DNA from: Trichoplax sp. H2
Taxonomy: Eukaryota
Reading direction: 5' to 3'
DNA length: 64,000 nucleotides
Assembly: GCA_003344405.1 (NCBI GenBank)
Contig: NOWV01000206.1
Span: forward strand, 62,001 to 126,000
Of this stretch, positions 50,513 through 63,633 are shown in pieces. How positions within the stretch are numbered: position 1 is the stretch's first letter; every line of letters starts with the position of its first letter. Below the pieces are notes generated by a model that did no database searches, was not told where the DNA came from, and worked only from the letters and a program-made list of their open reading frames with translations. Both the position numbers and the translations under genes were made by a program.

Positions 50513-53500
50513 GTTACCATTGTAAATTTTTTTAGAACAACTTACATCATGCCGTAGATAATACTGTACAGGGTTCGGTTCTCATCGAAACTACTCTGAT
50601 TACGAGAATAAATAAATTACATCAATACTGCTGTAGTAGATGCGCTAAAAGATCTAAATTTCTGAATTTCAGTTGAAGATTGATTACCAAGTGATCACTT
50701 AGGGTTCGAACTCTGAATATTTATATATCACATACGAAAACTTTAGTGCATGCATAATATAAAACTGATATATGGCAACAAACACACAATATATCTTTAC
50801 GATGTTCAAATACATTGACGGAAAGCATCTGTGTCAAATTGTGAACATAATTATTAATCATCGTAATTTCTAAATTAGACTGGAGTCCTTTTGGGATACA
50901 GTTTAAGATCAGGTCTAGTTGATATAAATATAATAAGAATCTCGATCAAGTTCATTAACTCTTAATGAAGCAAATTAAATCAGTTAATAAGTAGTTATTT
51001 GTGTTATGGTAACCTTTCAGTACGATAACTTAACTTTTTTAATAAACTACCTCAACTTGATAGCTAGCATATTTATAGATCGATCAGTTGTATTTTATAA
51101 TCATGTACAGTTTGCTAGCTCCGTGGACCATAAATAAGTTAATAAAGGGCCAAAGTAAAAATAAGGAAATCTAGTAGTAAAATAAGGCAAATAAGCACTG
51201 ACTACATTATAGTCCATACTCAGATCAATCATTTCGCGATAGCTGGTGTGTCATACTATTTTAGGGCATAGAATTTATGGAAAATTGTCCAAACTTTACT
51301 TTAACTAATAGTATGGCTAAAAGCAATTAAAGTCTTTAACAAAATTTATTCGCCTATCTTGGATAACTAATGAAGCTTATCATAGTTTAACACGTAAATA
51401 AAAAAAACATAATTCGATTTAAGAGGAAAGCTTTACTGTTGTATTATGAGAATGAAAATTAAGTCATACTAAAATTCTATAGCAGCTTTCAATCAAACGA
51501 AATACTACGGTTAGCTATATCTATCACAGATTTCTACTTTATGAAGCTGTATCTATTCGGATTATCAGTCATTATTGCATAAGATACAGAGATTACTTGG
51601 CAGAAATCTATCACCAGATGAACGTAACTTTCTTTAAATTGTCATACATTCAGGAACAACATCACGGAAAGTAAGTTTTAGACTAATTTATTGCTAATAA
51701 GAAAAAGATAATAACCCAAAATTTAGCGATAGGAAATACTGACATAAATACAGTAGCTATTTCAAAACAGCCTGAATTCAACCTAGAGTTTTATTATAGC
51801 GAAGATCAACAAACAAACAGTTTAAGTACATCATTTCGGTACTTGATATCGACAGAATATGTCATCAAGTGAAGGCCCATTAAACCATTTAATATACGTA
51901 TTCAATCAAATACTGCCATAGAACCATAAAAATTGAAATGCTTACTAAATCTTTGGCATCACTAATCACTAACTGCTATCCATACAAAATGAATTCTAAA
52001 CCATTAATATCGATATGATAGTTGGATTGAAGTGCTTATGTACATCTTACTCTATTGATGAAAAGAATGCCGATAACGATTGTACCTGTAGTAAATTAAA
52101 CAAGGATCACATTCATAGATATTATCTTCTAATAGAGATTTTAATCGAAAGTCGTAGCCTACTCTGATCACTGACCAGCCTTGAGATAAAAACATGGAGA
52201 ATCTAAGTATAACATATTTGCCCTTTTAAATATAAAAAATGATCCTAGTTCCAGCAATGTTTTTTCTCTTAACTTCTTAAATCTATTTATAGAATATCAT
52301 GATTTTTATTCACCTACAGTTTTCAAATCATAGAAATATTTACCCTGATTAAATACCGTATCTAAGGTGGAAGTAAACATAGTAAATATCTTCGGTGCCA
52401 TAGCTTCACAACTGTAAACTTTAGTATCAATATTGAATTTATCTTGATGAAAATATGTAACTAGGATATAGCATAAAGCTTCTTTAATAAAAGTCGGCCG
52501 CTTTAATAGCAATTTATGACGGATTAGGATTCGGATAAGAAATTTTGCTAAACGTTAATTTTTTATGAATAAAAGTTAGGCAACAAGGATCTAATTCCTT
52601 CCCATAAAAAACCAATTAACAGAACTCAACAAAAACTGAATGAGTCTTATCTACTGCAAAGGACACCTTAAAATTAAGCCGTAAGAAATAAATAATAGCA
52701 TAACTGATGTATTTTAAGTCGTTCCTAAGGAGTTTTAAGCGAGTAGCCTATCATCTGTTACTGTCAGCATTGTTAATAATTATAATTATTGAAAATTCTT
52801 TACGAAATGCAATAAAATTAATTTCCCTCCATTCTTACTGAGACAATGATGTCATTATACTTTAAATTGCCTAATATTATTTAACCAACTCTTATGAAAA
52901 GCATCGTGTCCGTAAGAACAAATTTTGATTATAGTAATGAGTCTGAAAGAATAACTATTTTCGCTAATGCTTTGATTTTATCACAGTAGTTTTTCAGCCG
53001 TATAGTTAATAGGTCACACGTGAAAGCTAGACATTTCAATGCTCATTCGGTAACTAATATTGATATTCTATTATGATTATATGATTGCCGTTGCTGGTAA
53101 TAAAAGGGAAGTATTGACTAATAGTCACCGGACATTGATGATACAACAACGACAGCAACTATGTACTTAGCAACAATTGCTAAATTCTCTAAATTGTATA
53201 TATCAATTTTACGGTCAGTGCTTTATGACCGAAAAGAAATAGGATCATTTCTGATAATACTTCACATCTTTGGCTGTGACTAATGTCTCAAAATAAAGTA
53301 AATTAGACAATATTCAATACAATTCAACTTAAACTGAGATTGATCATTTATCCCTGATATAGTACAAGCAAATAAAATCAAGTATTCATTTCTTCCAACT
53401 TATTTGTTGGTTATAAATTAATTCATTGTTTATACTACTTATCAATATTTGTTTTGCCTCCCATCCAAATTATAAACTGTCTACTCGTTCATTACTATAT

Positions 53501-54582
53501 CGGAAATCGATCAGAAAAGCTACCGAAAATGAATGAATTGCTATTGCCATCATTCTATCCTGTCAAATCTAACTTGGTATAAAATTATTATTTGATAATT
53601 TTTTGACATCTTCTTCTATCGATAATTTTTCGATCAATTTTCAATTAAAAATCAATCCAACTTCAATTGAGGAAAACTGTATCAAAGCTGCTTCATCGTA
53701 ATTAATGAACAAAAAATGTGGATTGTTTCTTTTCAAACTTCTACTTCAATATTTTTTATTTGCCCTAATGTTGAATTTTGGCTGCTTTATAGTGAAGTAG
53801 ATAGCTCCACAGCAAATACAATTTATGCGTATCATTGATCAGAATCAGCGCTATTATAATAGTTTTTTACTGCTCTCGGAGTAATTTACCTCAGAGCGAC
53901 TATGGTGAACAATTAAATTAGTAATTCTAGTAATCCTTTCCCTTTGTGTCATCATGAAGTTGATCTATCGTTGTATCACTGTTTATAATTCATGTTAATT
54001 ATTAGAAGTTTGGATATTTAATGACAGTTACAGAAACTTACCAATCATGATATCTCCTCTATTCCATCGTTGATCTATGATACATATCAAACACATTGTA
54101 GTTAAGCGTCGGTGTTATAAATCGCCTGAGGTAAACAACATGTTTACCCCCTCATTCATGATAATATTGAATGCATTACTGCCATGTCCTATTTCAATGG
54201 AATAGAGAGAACTGCCTACTCCAGACTTAAATTGTTGCTTTCGACAATACTACCATCGCCATCGTCTGATTTCCTTTTATCGTAAGGGAACAAAACATCA
54301 CTAATCAACCATTGTCTCCTTCATCAGGTAACCAATTGATGATTGTAAGGCTGAAGCCGAAGTAAAATATAATATGACACAACATTATCCCACGTTAACA
54401 TTTAGACATACATCCTACATCACATTGCAAGACAATTGGCTATAGTTATCGTTAGCCATTAGGATAAAGTCGATCTTGAAACCATTTGAAAGCCTACAAA
54501 ATCGAGACGGTACGTGAGAGCACGAAGAAAAAAAAAAGAAAGACGGTGAGAGAAGAGAAAGCTAAAAGATACAGGATCAAAT

Positions 54583-55692
54583 ATGATAAACACGGTTCGC
54601 CGAGATAGCGCCTTTGTTGTAATTGGTGCATTTTACATCATAATTATGGCAGTATCCATACCAGCAAATATTTTAATTTTATTAGCCATGGGATTAAATA
54701 AAAAATTACAGACACCGATCAATATATTAGTTGGTAATCTGTCAGTGGCTGGTTTAGCCATTGCTATTTTGCGGATGCCTTTTAAAATCTATGAATTATT
54801 TAATCCAGATGCAAGTTTTATTTTACCAACATCGTTTGCTATGTGTCGTTTCCAACAGATATTGCCTGCTGCTAGTGTTTTATGTATATCAATTACGCTA
54901 ACAACAATTTGTGTTGATCGTTATCTTGCTATTATGTATCCTATGAAACAATATTTAAAAATGACTCTTACGCGCGTGTATATCTTTTTACCAATCAGCT
55001 GGGGAGTTTCATTTGCTTGCTTTGGTCCATATGCAAGTATTATGACGTTGCAGACAATTAATGATCGTGTCTACTGTTTTCCAATCTATCCTAAATCACC
55101 AGCAGATATTAATATTACTAATAGCGATGGTGATTTTGTACGATTAATCACGGCATCTAATATTGTTTTATGGGGCTTATTTATTCCAATTGCCTTCTTG
55201 ATTCCATCGATTATTATGGCAACGTTATATTTCATTATTGTACGGCATTTATGGTACGGTGAGGCTCCTGGTGATAAAGTTAAAACTGTTATAGTCAAGG
55301 AAAGAGCTATAAGACAAAAGCAAAAACAGCGCGTTGTTAAACTCTTAATTATATGCTGCTTAATCTTTATTCTAACTAATCTTCCATATTATGCGGTATT
55401 CATGTTACTCGACTTTGGGTTTCTCCAAATCCCCAGATCAGATACAACAATTGTGACCAATTCATTAATTATAATCAATTTATCAGCTGTAGCCTATAAT
55501 CCAATTATTTATGGTTATTTCAATCGTAGCATCAAGAAAGCTGTTGATAATTTGCTACGCCGCATTCAGTGCAAACCGCCTATTGAGGAGCATAACTTTG
55601 TTGATGTCACATGTGTTACAAGAGTGCCAAATGGCCATGATGGCACATCATACTTGAAAAGTGCTGCGTACCATATCAAATCTACCAATTAA
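54583..55692 (+). CDS. Intronless class A GPCR; array member 5 (369 aa)
   Basis: IPAN, CRFQQILP, CVDRY, FLIP, NLPYY, YNPIIYGYFN. Confidence 0.94.
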   Translation: MINTVRRDSAFVVIGAFYIIIMAVSIPANILILLAMGLNKKLQTPINILVGNLSVAGLAIAILRMPFKIYELFNPDASFILPTSFAMCRFQQILPAASVLCISITLTTICVDRYLAIMYPMKQYLKMTLTRVYIFLPISWGVSFACFGPYASIMTLQTINDRVYCFPIYPKSPADINITNSDGDFVRLITASNIVLWGLFIPIAFLIPSIIMATLYFIIVRHLWYGEAPGDKVKTVIVKERAIRQKQKQRVVKLLIICCLIFILTNLPYYAVFMLLDFGFLQIPRSDTTIVTNSLIIINLSAVAYNPIIYGYFNRSIKKAVDNLLRRIQCKPPIEEHNFVDVTCVTRVPNGHDGTSYLKSAAYHIKSTN

Positions 55693-58600
55693 TCCAAGAA
55701 GGATAAGACCGTTTCTAGCAGCATTTGTTTGCGATTACATTCTTATTGAATTATTATCGTGGAAGAGATCACAATCGAATTCTTAATATTTTAACGATGA
55801 TAGTTATTTGAATTCATTCACTATTTTTTTTCCTTTAGTAACGTACAATTTCAATGGCTGCTACACTCTAGACTAGATTTCTATGTAAGAGACTATGCAT
55901 TCCATTCCTCCATCTTGGATAAATATAAGACTGATAGCCAACTGCACTTACAATTTATACTAATCTAAATGATGGTAAATCATTGTTAAAAACCACATTT
56001 TTATTCGTATTCATGACACTATATCGTGCATCAAAATTTATTAAAGCGATTTTTCTATTAAGTTACCTAGAACAAATATCAAGAACAAAATAATCTTGAC
56101 TAGCTGTTCCAGAGGCATTAGTATTTATCGCAATCGGTATTTTGGGTAATCATCACTATTGAAATTACTTTATCATCCTTATGATTAATTAGTGATTTCA
56201 ATTTTCGGAAGAGAAAAATTACCGTCATTGGAAAGAACGAATATAAATTGTACTTTTTTACCATATATCGTAACATGCAGTTTCTATGTAAGTAAAATGA
56301 TATCATTTAATACTGACAAAATTAATGGACATGCCTGGCATTCACATAATACAGTACTTTACACTGAAATGTTTCGCATGCTATATCGCCAATTCTTATA
56401 ACTCAATTAGAAAATTAATTTTATTTTTATTAATTAATCATTGCTCGTTATATAAATGACTTTATCCTATACAGTCTTTTAATTCTGCTTTAGTATAAAT
56501 TAGTCATTTCAATTCTTTGACCAACGTCAATCTTCTCTGGTTAGCACTACTTTTGATTTAATTCATAAAATGTAATTGTAATCCAATTTTGGAGAAAAAT
56601 AAACTGAAAACTTCCCTCTTACCTAATGAAAAAGAAAACTTGTTATGATTAAACTTATCAGCAAAAACAATCTAAAGATTTCCTCTCTTTGCATTAATAT
56701 TCAAACTTTGAAAAGAATTTGGCATTGTAAATCAAGACTTATCATTCCTTATAGCACCGTTATGACACTATCGTCTCACTCGCAATGGGATTATAAAATT
56801 TTCCATTCCCTACTGCAAATGATTAAATATCATGTTCGTTTTAGTTTGTTTCAGCATTTAATTGAGCCGGCTAGTGGGTTGTTTTCTCTAGTTGTGCAAA
56901 TAACTTAATGTAAATTTGTTTATATAACCGTTAATAATTTGCTTTATACATTATGATTGTAAAATCGACTACCAACGAAAAGTTCATTAAACAAATACAT
57001 TTTGATAGTTTTGGGCGAAGAAAATAGAATTAATTAGGTGTACAGCGTATTTGATATTTGCAAGTGGCTCCATTATACAATGACTTTGCTCGAAGCTCAG
57101 TTTAGTTTGTATGTAAATGTTTAATATTATTTAATTAAACAGTAAGCTCTTCAAGTTTTCAATAGTTCAAGTAGGAATTAAATAATTCAACCACTTTATT
57201 ATTTTTTGCCTTCTACAACACCATGGTCAAGAATCCACTTAGTAGAAAGAAAATAAGGATATAATAGCTAATCCTCTTTGCTCACGTCATAAAATAATCA
57301 TGAAATTAAAGGTCTTTAAATTAGAATAATATTCTTTTAGAATCACAGAACTCGTCTAGCATGTTGACGATAAATTTTAATTTATCAACATTTTTCTTAA
57401 TTTACTTAACCTTATTCAATATCAGAATACAGACTATAAAATTAGAAAGGGTTATTAGATTTGGGTAATTATGGTACTGTTGATAGGGTGCAGTTGAAAA
57501 AAAGTAAACGTAAAATCTGGCAACTGTGACGAGGCAGCCAATCATCCGCCCACTCTTTACTTTCATAGTACTATAGAATAAGGCTATGCCATGGCCTAAT
57601 GCACAAATTGCACTATTTAATACATAAATGGTAAATAATTATACGTAATTTAATTCAATAATAAAATACTAAAACGTATACTATACTATTAGTACCTATA
57701 TTAACTGAAAGCATTAATACGGTGGATTCATTTCCGCTAATTTCAATTGATAAACAAATAATGCAAATTCAAAAGCAGTAATTTCAAATCATTTACGTAA
57801 CTTGTTTTTGCGAAAATCTTTACGAACGGTTTTTTAATACTACCGGGATCAATTATATTTCAATGTCTAACTGCTACGTATTGACAAAAATATCCGGTAC
57901 CTTAGTTTGCAACCATACAAAACTTGTAGTCATTAACTTTAAAGTAGGAGAATCAACTTCCATGAATTATATCAGTAAGAATTAACCGCTGATAACAAGA
58001 TAGGAAAATGACTCAATGGAGCTTATTTTATTTACATTTTCATAGTTGTCAGTTTCATTTCCTATATATCTACTAGTACAGAATATATATTCGCATAAGC
58101 TAAGCCTGTAGGCTACAAGATTAAAACTTCTATCCTTAAAAGTACAATGCATTGTTTGAACAACCTGGAATACATAGCCGATATGATTATATTATGTATA
58201 TGATTAATTAACGGGACAGTAACGAAAACAAACGTTCAAATGATCATTTAAGAGCAATAATTTGTTACCAAAGGACAATTAACCTTACAAAGTAAGACTA
58301 CTTATGAAGCAAATTAACATTAGTTAGTTTAAATAGATCCTCTCAAGGATAGTAGAATGAAAGAAGGCAGGCTTCCTAATAATTAATTTGCTTCTTTGCT
58401 ATGCAATTGGTGATACGCAAAAGGTACTACGCTTCCAACATAATGATTGATGCATACCGGTAATAGATATTTTCTACATAAAAACGAATCACTGCGATTG
58501 CTTTTATTTCATGAGATATAGCAGAACAATGATTGCACCAAAAGGAACTAAATTATACTTTAATTGACTTTAAATGGATGATTCACCAATTTTATTTAAA

Positions 58601-61600
58601 GCATCTCTAATTTGAAACAGAGAATAGTTTCATGATAATGAAATTATTTTGAACGGAAAGATAGCTTTAATTAGAACTTACCCCCTATTAAGAGTTATTA
58701 TTTCTCAATAATTTTAATACGAAGCATTTAAGGTTATCTTAATTGTCAGTAAATAGATTAATCTAATTGAAATAATAAGTGATTATACGAATACTATTTT
58801 AATTTTATACAGGTGCTATGTTAGCAATAAATGATACATCCCACTGTGATATAAATAATAGCCAATAACTATAAGCTTGATTGATAGACAATAGATAAAG
58901 TTAATGGCGGCCTTTCAGTATGTTGGCTAACAATAATGCCAACCAACAAAGTCACTCTATCACAATCTGTGAACAATTGAAAACTTGATCGCATTTATAG
59001 CTATAATGATAGCGCTATCTAGTCATCTTATTTCTCTTTTATCTGCCAAATAGACTTTTCCAGTAAAATTTGATTATGCTGTATATAATAGATTATTAAC
59101 CATAATGAATGGTAACTTTATTACTATACAAATCTATTATTCCAAGGTTAGTATGCCCTTAACCCGTAATTATATGATTTGATTTTAAGCAAGTTCTTAT
59201 TCTTTTAAACTTATCATCCTTCCATCAGCAAGCTAAAAATGAACAATGTGAACTAAAATTAAAACCGGTTTCTATCACAATAAATGCTGTAATTAAGAAC
59301 GTAATATTTCCGAAACCTATCAGTAGGATGCCAATGGTTTATTTCATTAATATTAGTTATACATAAACAAACTTTCATAATTTCTTTTACAATTCACTAC
59401 CAGCTGCTGATTTAACTTCGTACTTACTCTTTATCTCTAACAGCTGTTACAGACACAAATTTACTGCAAAATGATGCATTGAGGTTAATTATAGGCTAAA
59501 TTATGCAACTATGTGTTTGTAGACTTCGATATCATGTCCGTTTACGAATCAAGAATGAACGCTTAAAGGTGAAAAGAATTATGAATTTCATATTTTCAGA
59601 TGACGAATCTTTTACTATCTGATTAACATAACAATTCTAGCCTAGAACCGCTTGATCAATTTTAAAGTTCAACCTTGACCTAAATAAATGATTTAGTGAT
59701 AAGATCAGCAAATCATTGGATTAACAGTTCCTCCCGGAACCGTTTATGTATTTTTCATTTAATTTTAACTTTAATGGCATGAAAGTGAAAAATTAACTAA
59801 TGTACGGCCGACAGTACGGTTTCTACTTTAACGCACATGTTCGGATATTCAAACTTACTTGTTAGCCATACTAGAATTGCCAATCCAGCTAAAACTTGTG
59901 ATAGGTTCAGGTTTGTTTTTTATTAGGAGAAAACAACAGATAGACCATTGTCACCCACACGAGTAATACCACTGACTACTCTCTTCTAATGTGAGTGAAC
60001 AACTAACTTACCAGCTACTTAGTCACCAACTAACTATGGATACTGTAAGCAAGACTAACAACTTCCTCACAAGTATAATAAGCGGCTTGTTGTAAGATTA
60101 GTTTATGAGCTTTTACTTCTGGTCATACCATGAGAGTAATACTGCCATGTCTACAATAGTGGAAGAAATTTTCGAGCTCATTTCATTTAATTTTGATCCA
60201 ACCACGAAACTTATACATGTAAATTCTACAGTAGTCATAAGAGCCTTGAGGTCATCATAATTAAATCCATATAAGACGTACTTTACCTCAAGACTAAACG
60301 TACAAGTATCATATCGAGTATATTATGCCTTTAATCTCTCTGCTATATATAACTATACAACTAATACAAGAAAAGTACGATGTATTTCATCCTCACAAAT
60401 TGCGATTTGCAACACTTTTAGGCAAAAAAACAACTTTATCTGCTTAAATCATTGCAATATTCTTAGTTGTATTTTGCTGTATTATGACTTTATTATTAGA
60501 ACATCATTGCTACAGTATAACGACATTAACGACACCAGCAAAGCATACCATTATATAAATAGTAATGAAAGCATGCACAGATAGAATTGAGAGATTAATG
60601 ACGGTTTCTTATCTAATCTGAGATAAAAAAAATTACGTAAGTAAGTAAAATGCATTCCATTAATAAATAAAGTACCGTATTTGAAAAATTGATAGAAGCA
60701 GCACTATAATTATACATACACGACTTATACATGTTTGACGAGTGTATTGACAACTTACCGACTTCAATAAAGAATATTAAAAGTAGGATCGTGCAACAAA
60801 ATTTAATCTATGAATTAGGAAATTATACGAATAAAACACATAAAATAACAATTAGCAAAGAAAATGAATTGAAATACAAACTTAGCACCATAAAGATTCC
60901 AACATTGAAATTTTACATTAAGTTGCTAGAACGACACGACAAAAACTCGGTTTCTGATACTCTTATTACAACCAAATCTTTAACCTACATTGACAGAATC
61001 AAACAGTATCCTTGATATTCTGTGATAAATCTATTGCAACATGGTATATCTAACAACTAATAATCGCGTTATGAATTTCGTAAGATTGATCTTACCAATA
61101 TTGTTCGCCTCCTTTACAATATTATAGTTGTTATATTAGAATCGTCACTCTTTGAATAAATATTATAAACTTCTAATTATTTTACTACGCTCTACATTAT
61201 GCAGCTGAATCATTTAAGAAAAATTCATTAGCCTTGATATCAACAAGCGGATTGCGTGAACGTTGTACATAGATTACGTAGAAGTTGAAATTTTCTATTT
61301 TTAACTCTTAACTTGGCCACCTACGCTTTCAGAAATGAAATTTTAATCTTTAGTCATATGTGTTAACCTATTTACTGTAGCAATACTACTATAGGGCCCT
61401 CTTTATGTTATAATTGTCAATTCTTGAACTAGCATTTTTATTGGGGATAAGCTATTTATATTATTGCCTTTACATTTACCACATGTAGCGTTTTCAATCA
61501 TAGCAAAGTTTAAAAATAACACTCAAATTATTACTAATTACCGTAACGAATTGGGTATCGCATAAATTCAATTACTACGTGAACTTTGATAGAACTATAA

Positions 61601-62100
61601 TAGAGAAAAAATAAAACACATTTATAGATTAATTTATGTCAATAATGATGCACCAGGTGTTTTCATTATCAAAGGCTTCTTTAGACTATTTTTGTAATAA
61701 AGCCAATAATAAAAACAGTATGGCCAGCGATTTAACCTATGATTAATTCCTACTGTAACTTAATTAAATAGAATTAGTAATACATAATATGAGAAAATAA
61801 TGAATATAAGTATCTTTAATAACCATAGTTCGATGGAAAACAAAAAATCATTTACTAGCCAATTATACCATATAAAATTATTATTTTCTTTTCGTAGGTA
61901 CAAAAATATTTTACACAAGCGTAAGCTTATTGGTGAGCTGATTAATTTACTACCGAATCATCCTTTTAAATATAACGACCTAATCATCTTTCCACGCTAT
62001 CGCTTAAGCTCGGTAAGATCGCAGCTACTTGGTGAAAGAGGTCGACTTCAAATCGATAAGCTATAAAGAGTATATTTAAATTGAAAGTGAAGCATAAAAA

Positions 62101-63144
62101 ATGGGACCATCACCAATTGTCGATATCGGTATTGCTGTAATTTATATAATCATGTTGGCAATTTCTATACCCGGTAATGCCTTAATAGCATTAGTCATTT
62201 TTAAAGAGGCTCCTTTACGCACTCCGATGAATTTATTGGTTTGTAATATAGCAATAGCAAGTCTACTGATTGGCATAATGAGAGTTCCATTTAAAATTTT
62301 CTCTCTAATGCATTTCAATATGGATTATCCCTTTTCTGTCGCCATGTGTCAATTCCAGCAGTTATTACCGACCGCTGGAGTAATGGTCATTTCGTTAACT
62401 TTAACAACTATCTGCGTAGATCGCTATATAGCGATTGTCCATCCTCTTAAGAAATACTTAAAACTTAGTAAATGTAGAACTACATTTCTCATATTTGGCT
62501 ATTGGATGTTATCACTAGCATACTTTGCACCTTATGCTAGCTTTAACGAATTATATGAATATCAATCCAGAAATTATTGTATACCAATCTATCCAGAGTC
62601 GCCGGATGATATTGTCCTTACTAGAAATGAAACAACCGGTAAAGCTTTATCTTCAATCGAATTGTCAAGGCTGATTAATTGGATCTTCTTTGGATCGCTA
62701 GCCTTTTTAATACCAGCGCTTATCATGATTGTGCTATATTCGAAAACCATCTACACATTATGGTTTAGTAAAGCTCCATGTGATCGTACTCAAATCAATA
62801 TTCACCACTTACAAGAAAGGCTGAGAAAAAATAGGAAAGCTATTAAATTACTCGTCGCTTGCTTCCTATCATTCATTATCTTCAATACCCCTTATTATAC
62901 TATTTTTCTCCTTATGGATTTAAAGCAACTAACAATAGATCGTGCTTACAGCGGAATTCTTATTAACATTTTAATATTTTTCAATTACTCTTCCATCGCT
63001 TATAATGCAATCATTTATGGCTACTTTAATTTAAGTATAAGAGAGCGCATATTGGTAGCATGTAAAATGTCAGTTCGAAAAGCATCCTATCGTATTATAA
63101 GTAGATTTAGCAAATCTGAACATCTTGAAATATCTACTGTTTAA
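62101..63144 (+). CDS. Intronless class A GPCR; array member 6 (347 aa)
   Basis: IPGN, CQFQQLLP, CVDRY, FLIP, NTPYY, YNAIIYGYFN. A likely 5'UTR splice acceptor (ttattttcttttcgtag) lies near 61898. Confidence 0.94.
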   Translation: MGPSPIVDIGIAVIYIIMLAISIPGNALIALVIFKEAPLRTPMNLLVCNIAIASLLIGIMRVPFKIFSLMHFNMDYPFSVAMCQFQQLLPTAGVMVISLTLTTICVDRYIAIVHPLKKYLKLSKCRTTFLIFGYWMLSLAYFAPYASFNELYEYQSRNYCIPIYPESPDDIVLTRNETTGKALSSIELSRLINWIFFGSLAFLIPALIMIVLYSKTIYTLWFSKAPCDRTQINIHHLQERLRKNRKAIKLLVACFLSFIIFNTPYYTIFLLMDLKQLTIDRAYSGILINILIFFNYSSIAYNAIIYGYFNLSIRERILVACKMSVRKASYRIISRFSKSEHLEISTV

Positions 63145-63613
63145 GTTATGAACAAGTTTCTAGATATTACCTGATTAATTGCTTATTTTTTTTAATTATC
63201 TGCGATAATTTCGCGCTAATCAATACACAGTATTGTATGGACCTTGTGTTTTCTACAATAATGCATCGAAGAGTAATCGATGCCATAAAATGAGCTACCA
63301 TATCATATAGTAAATGATAAGGTTTCGTTTTGAGCAACAGACTCAGAATTAAGATTAGATCCAAAGGATTCTACATGTATATTAAAGTATCTGAAAAGTT
63401 ACTTACAGCACAGCTATAATAATTATGCTAACAACATCATCAAGAAATTTCTAAAACAAATGATTAAAAGGTTACTGTCAAGAAATTAGACTCATTATCG
63501 GTACACACATAGGCGATATTCACTTTGGAAAAGTACTTTAATCTATCAGCCATATGTGAAATACTTACAGCTCTACCAATAAATGATTGTTATAGCAAAC
63601 TACCCCCCCCCCC

Positions 63614-63633
63614 NNNNNNNNNNNNNNNNNNNN
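63614..63633. other. Assembly gap (20 N) inside a poly-C tract (63603..63644)
   Basis: N run flanked by C homopolymers on both sides. Confidence 0.98.

Noticed and set aside
60731..61015. 94-aa Lys/Ile/Asn-rich ORF
   Set aside because: Its composition reflects A-rich DNA; no motif and no supporting exons.
24311..63144. GPCRs as opsins or aminergic receptors
   Set aside because: There is no Lys at 7.43 and no Asp at 3.32 (Pro or Ser instead).
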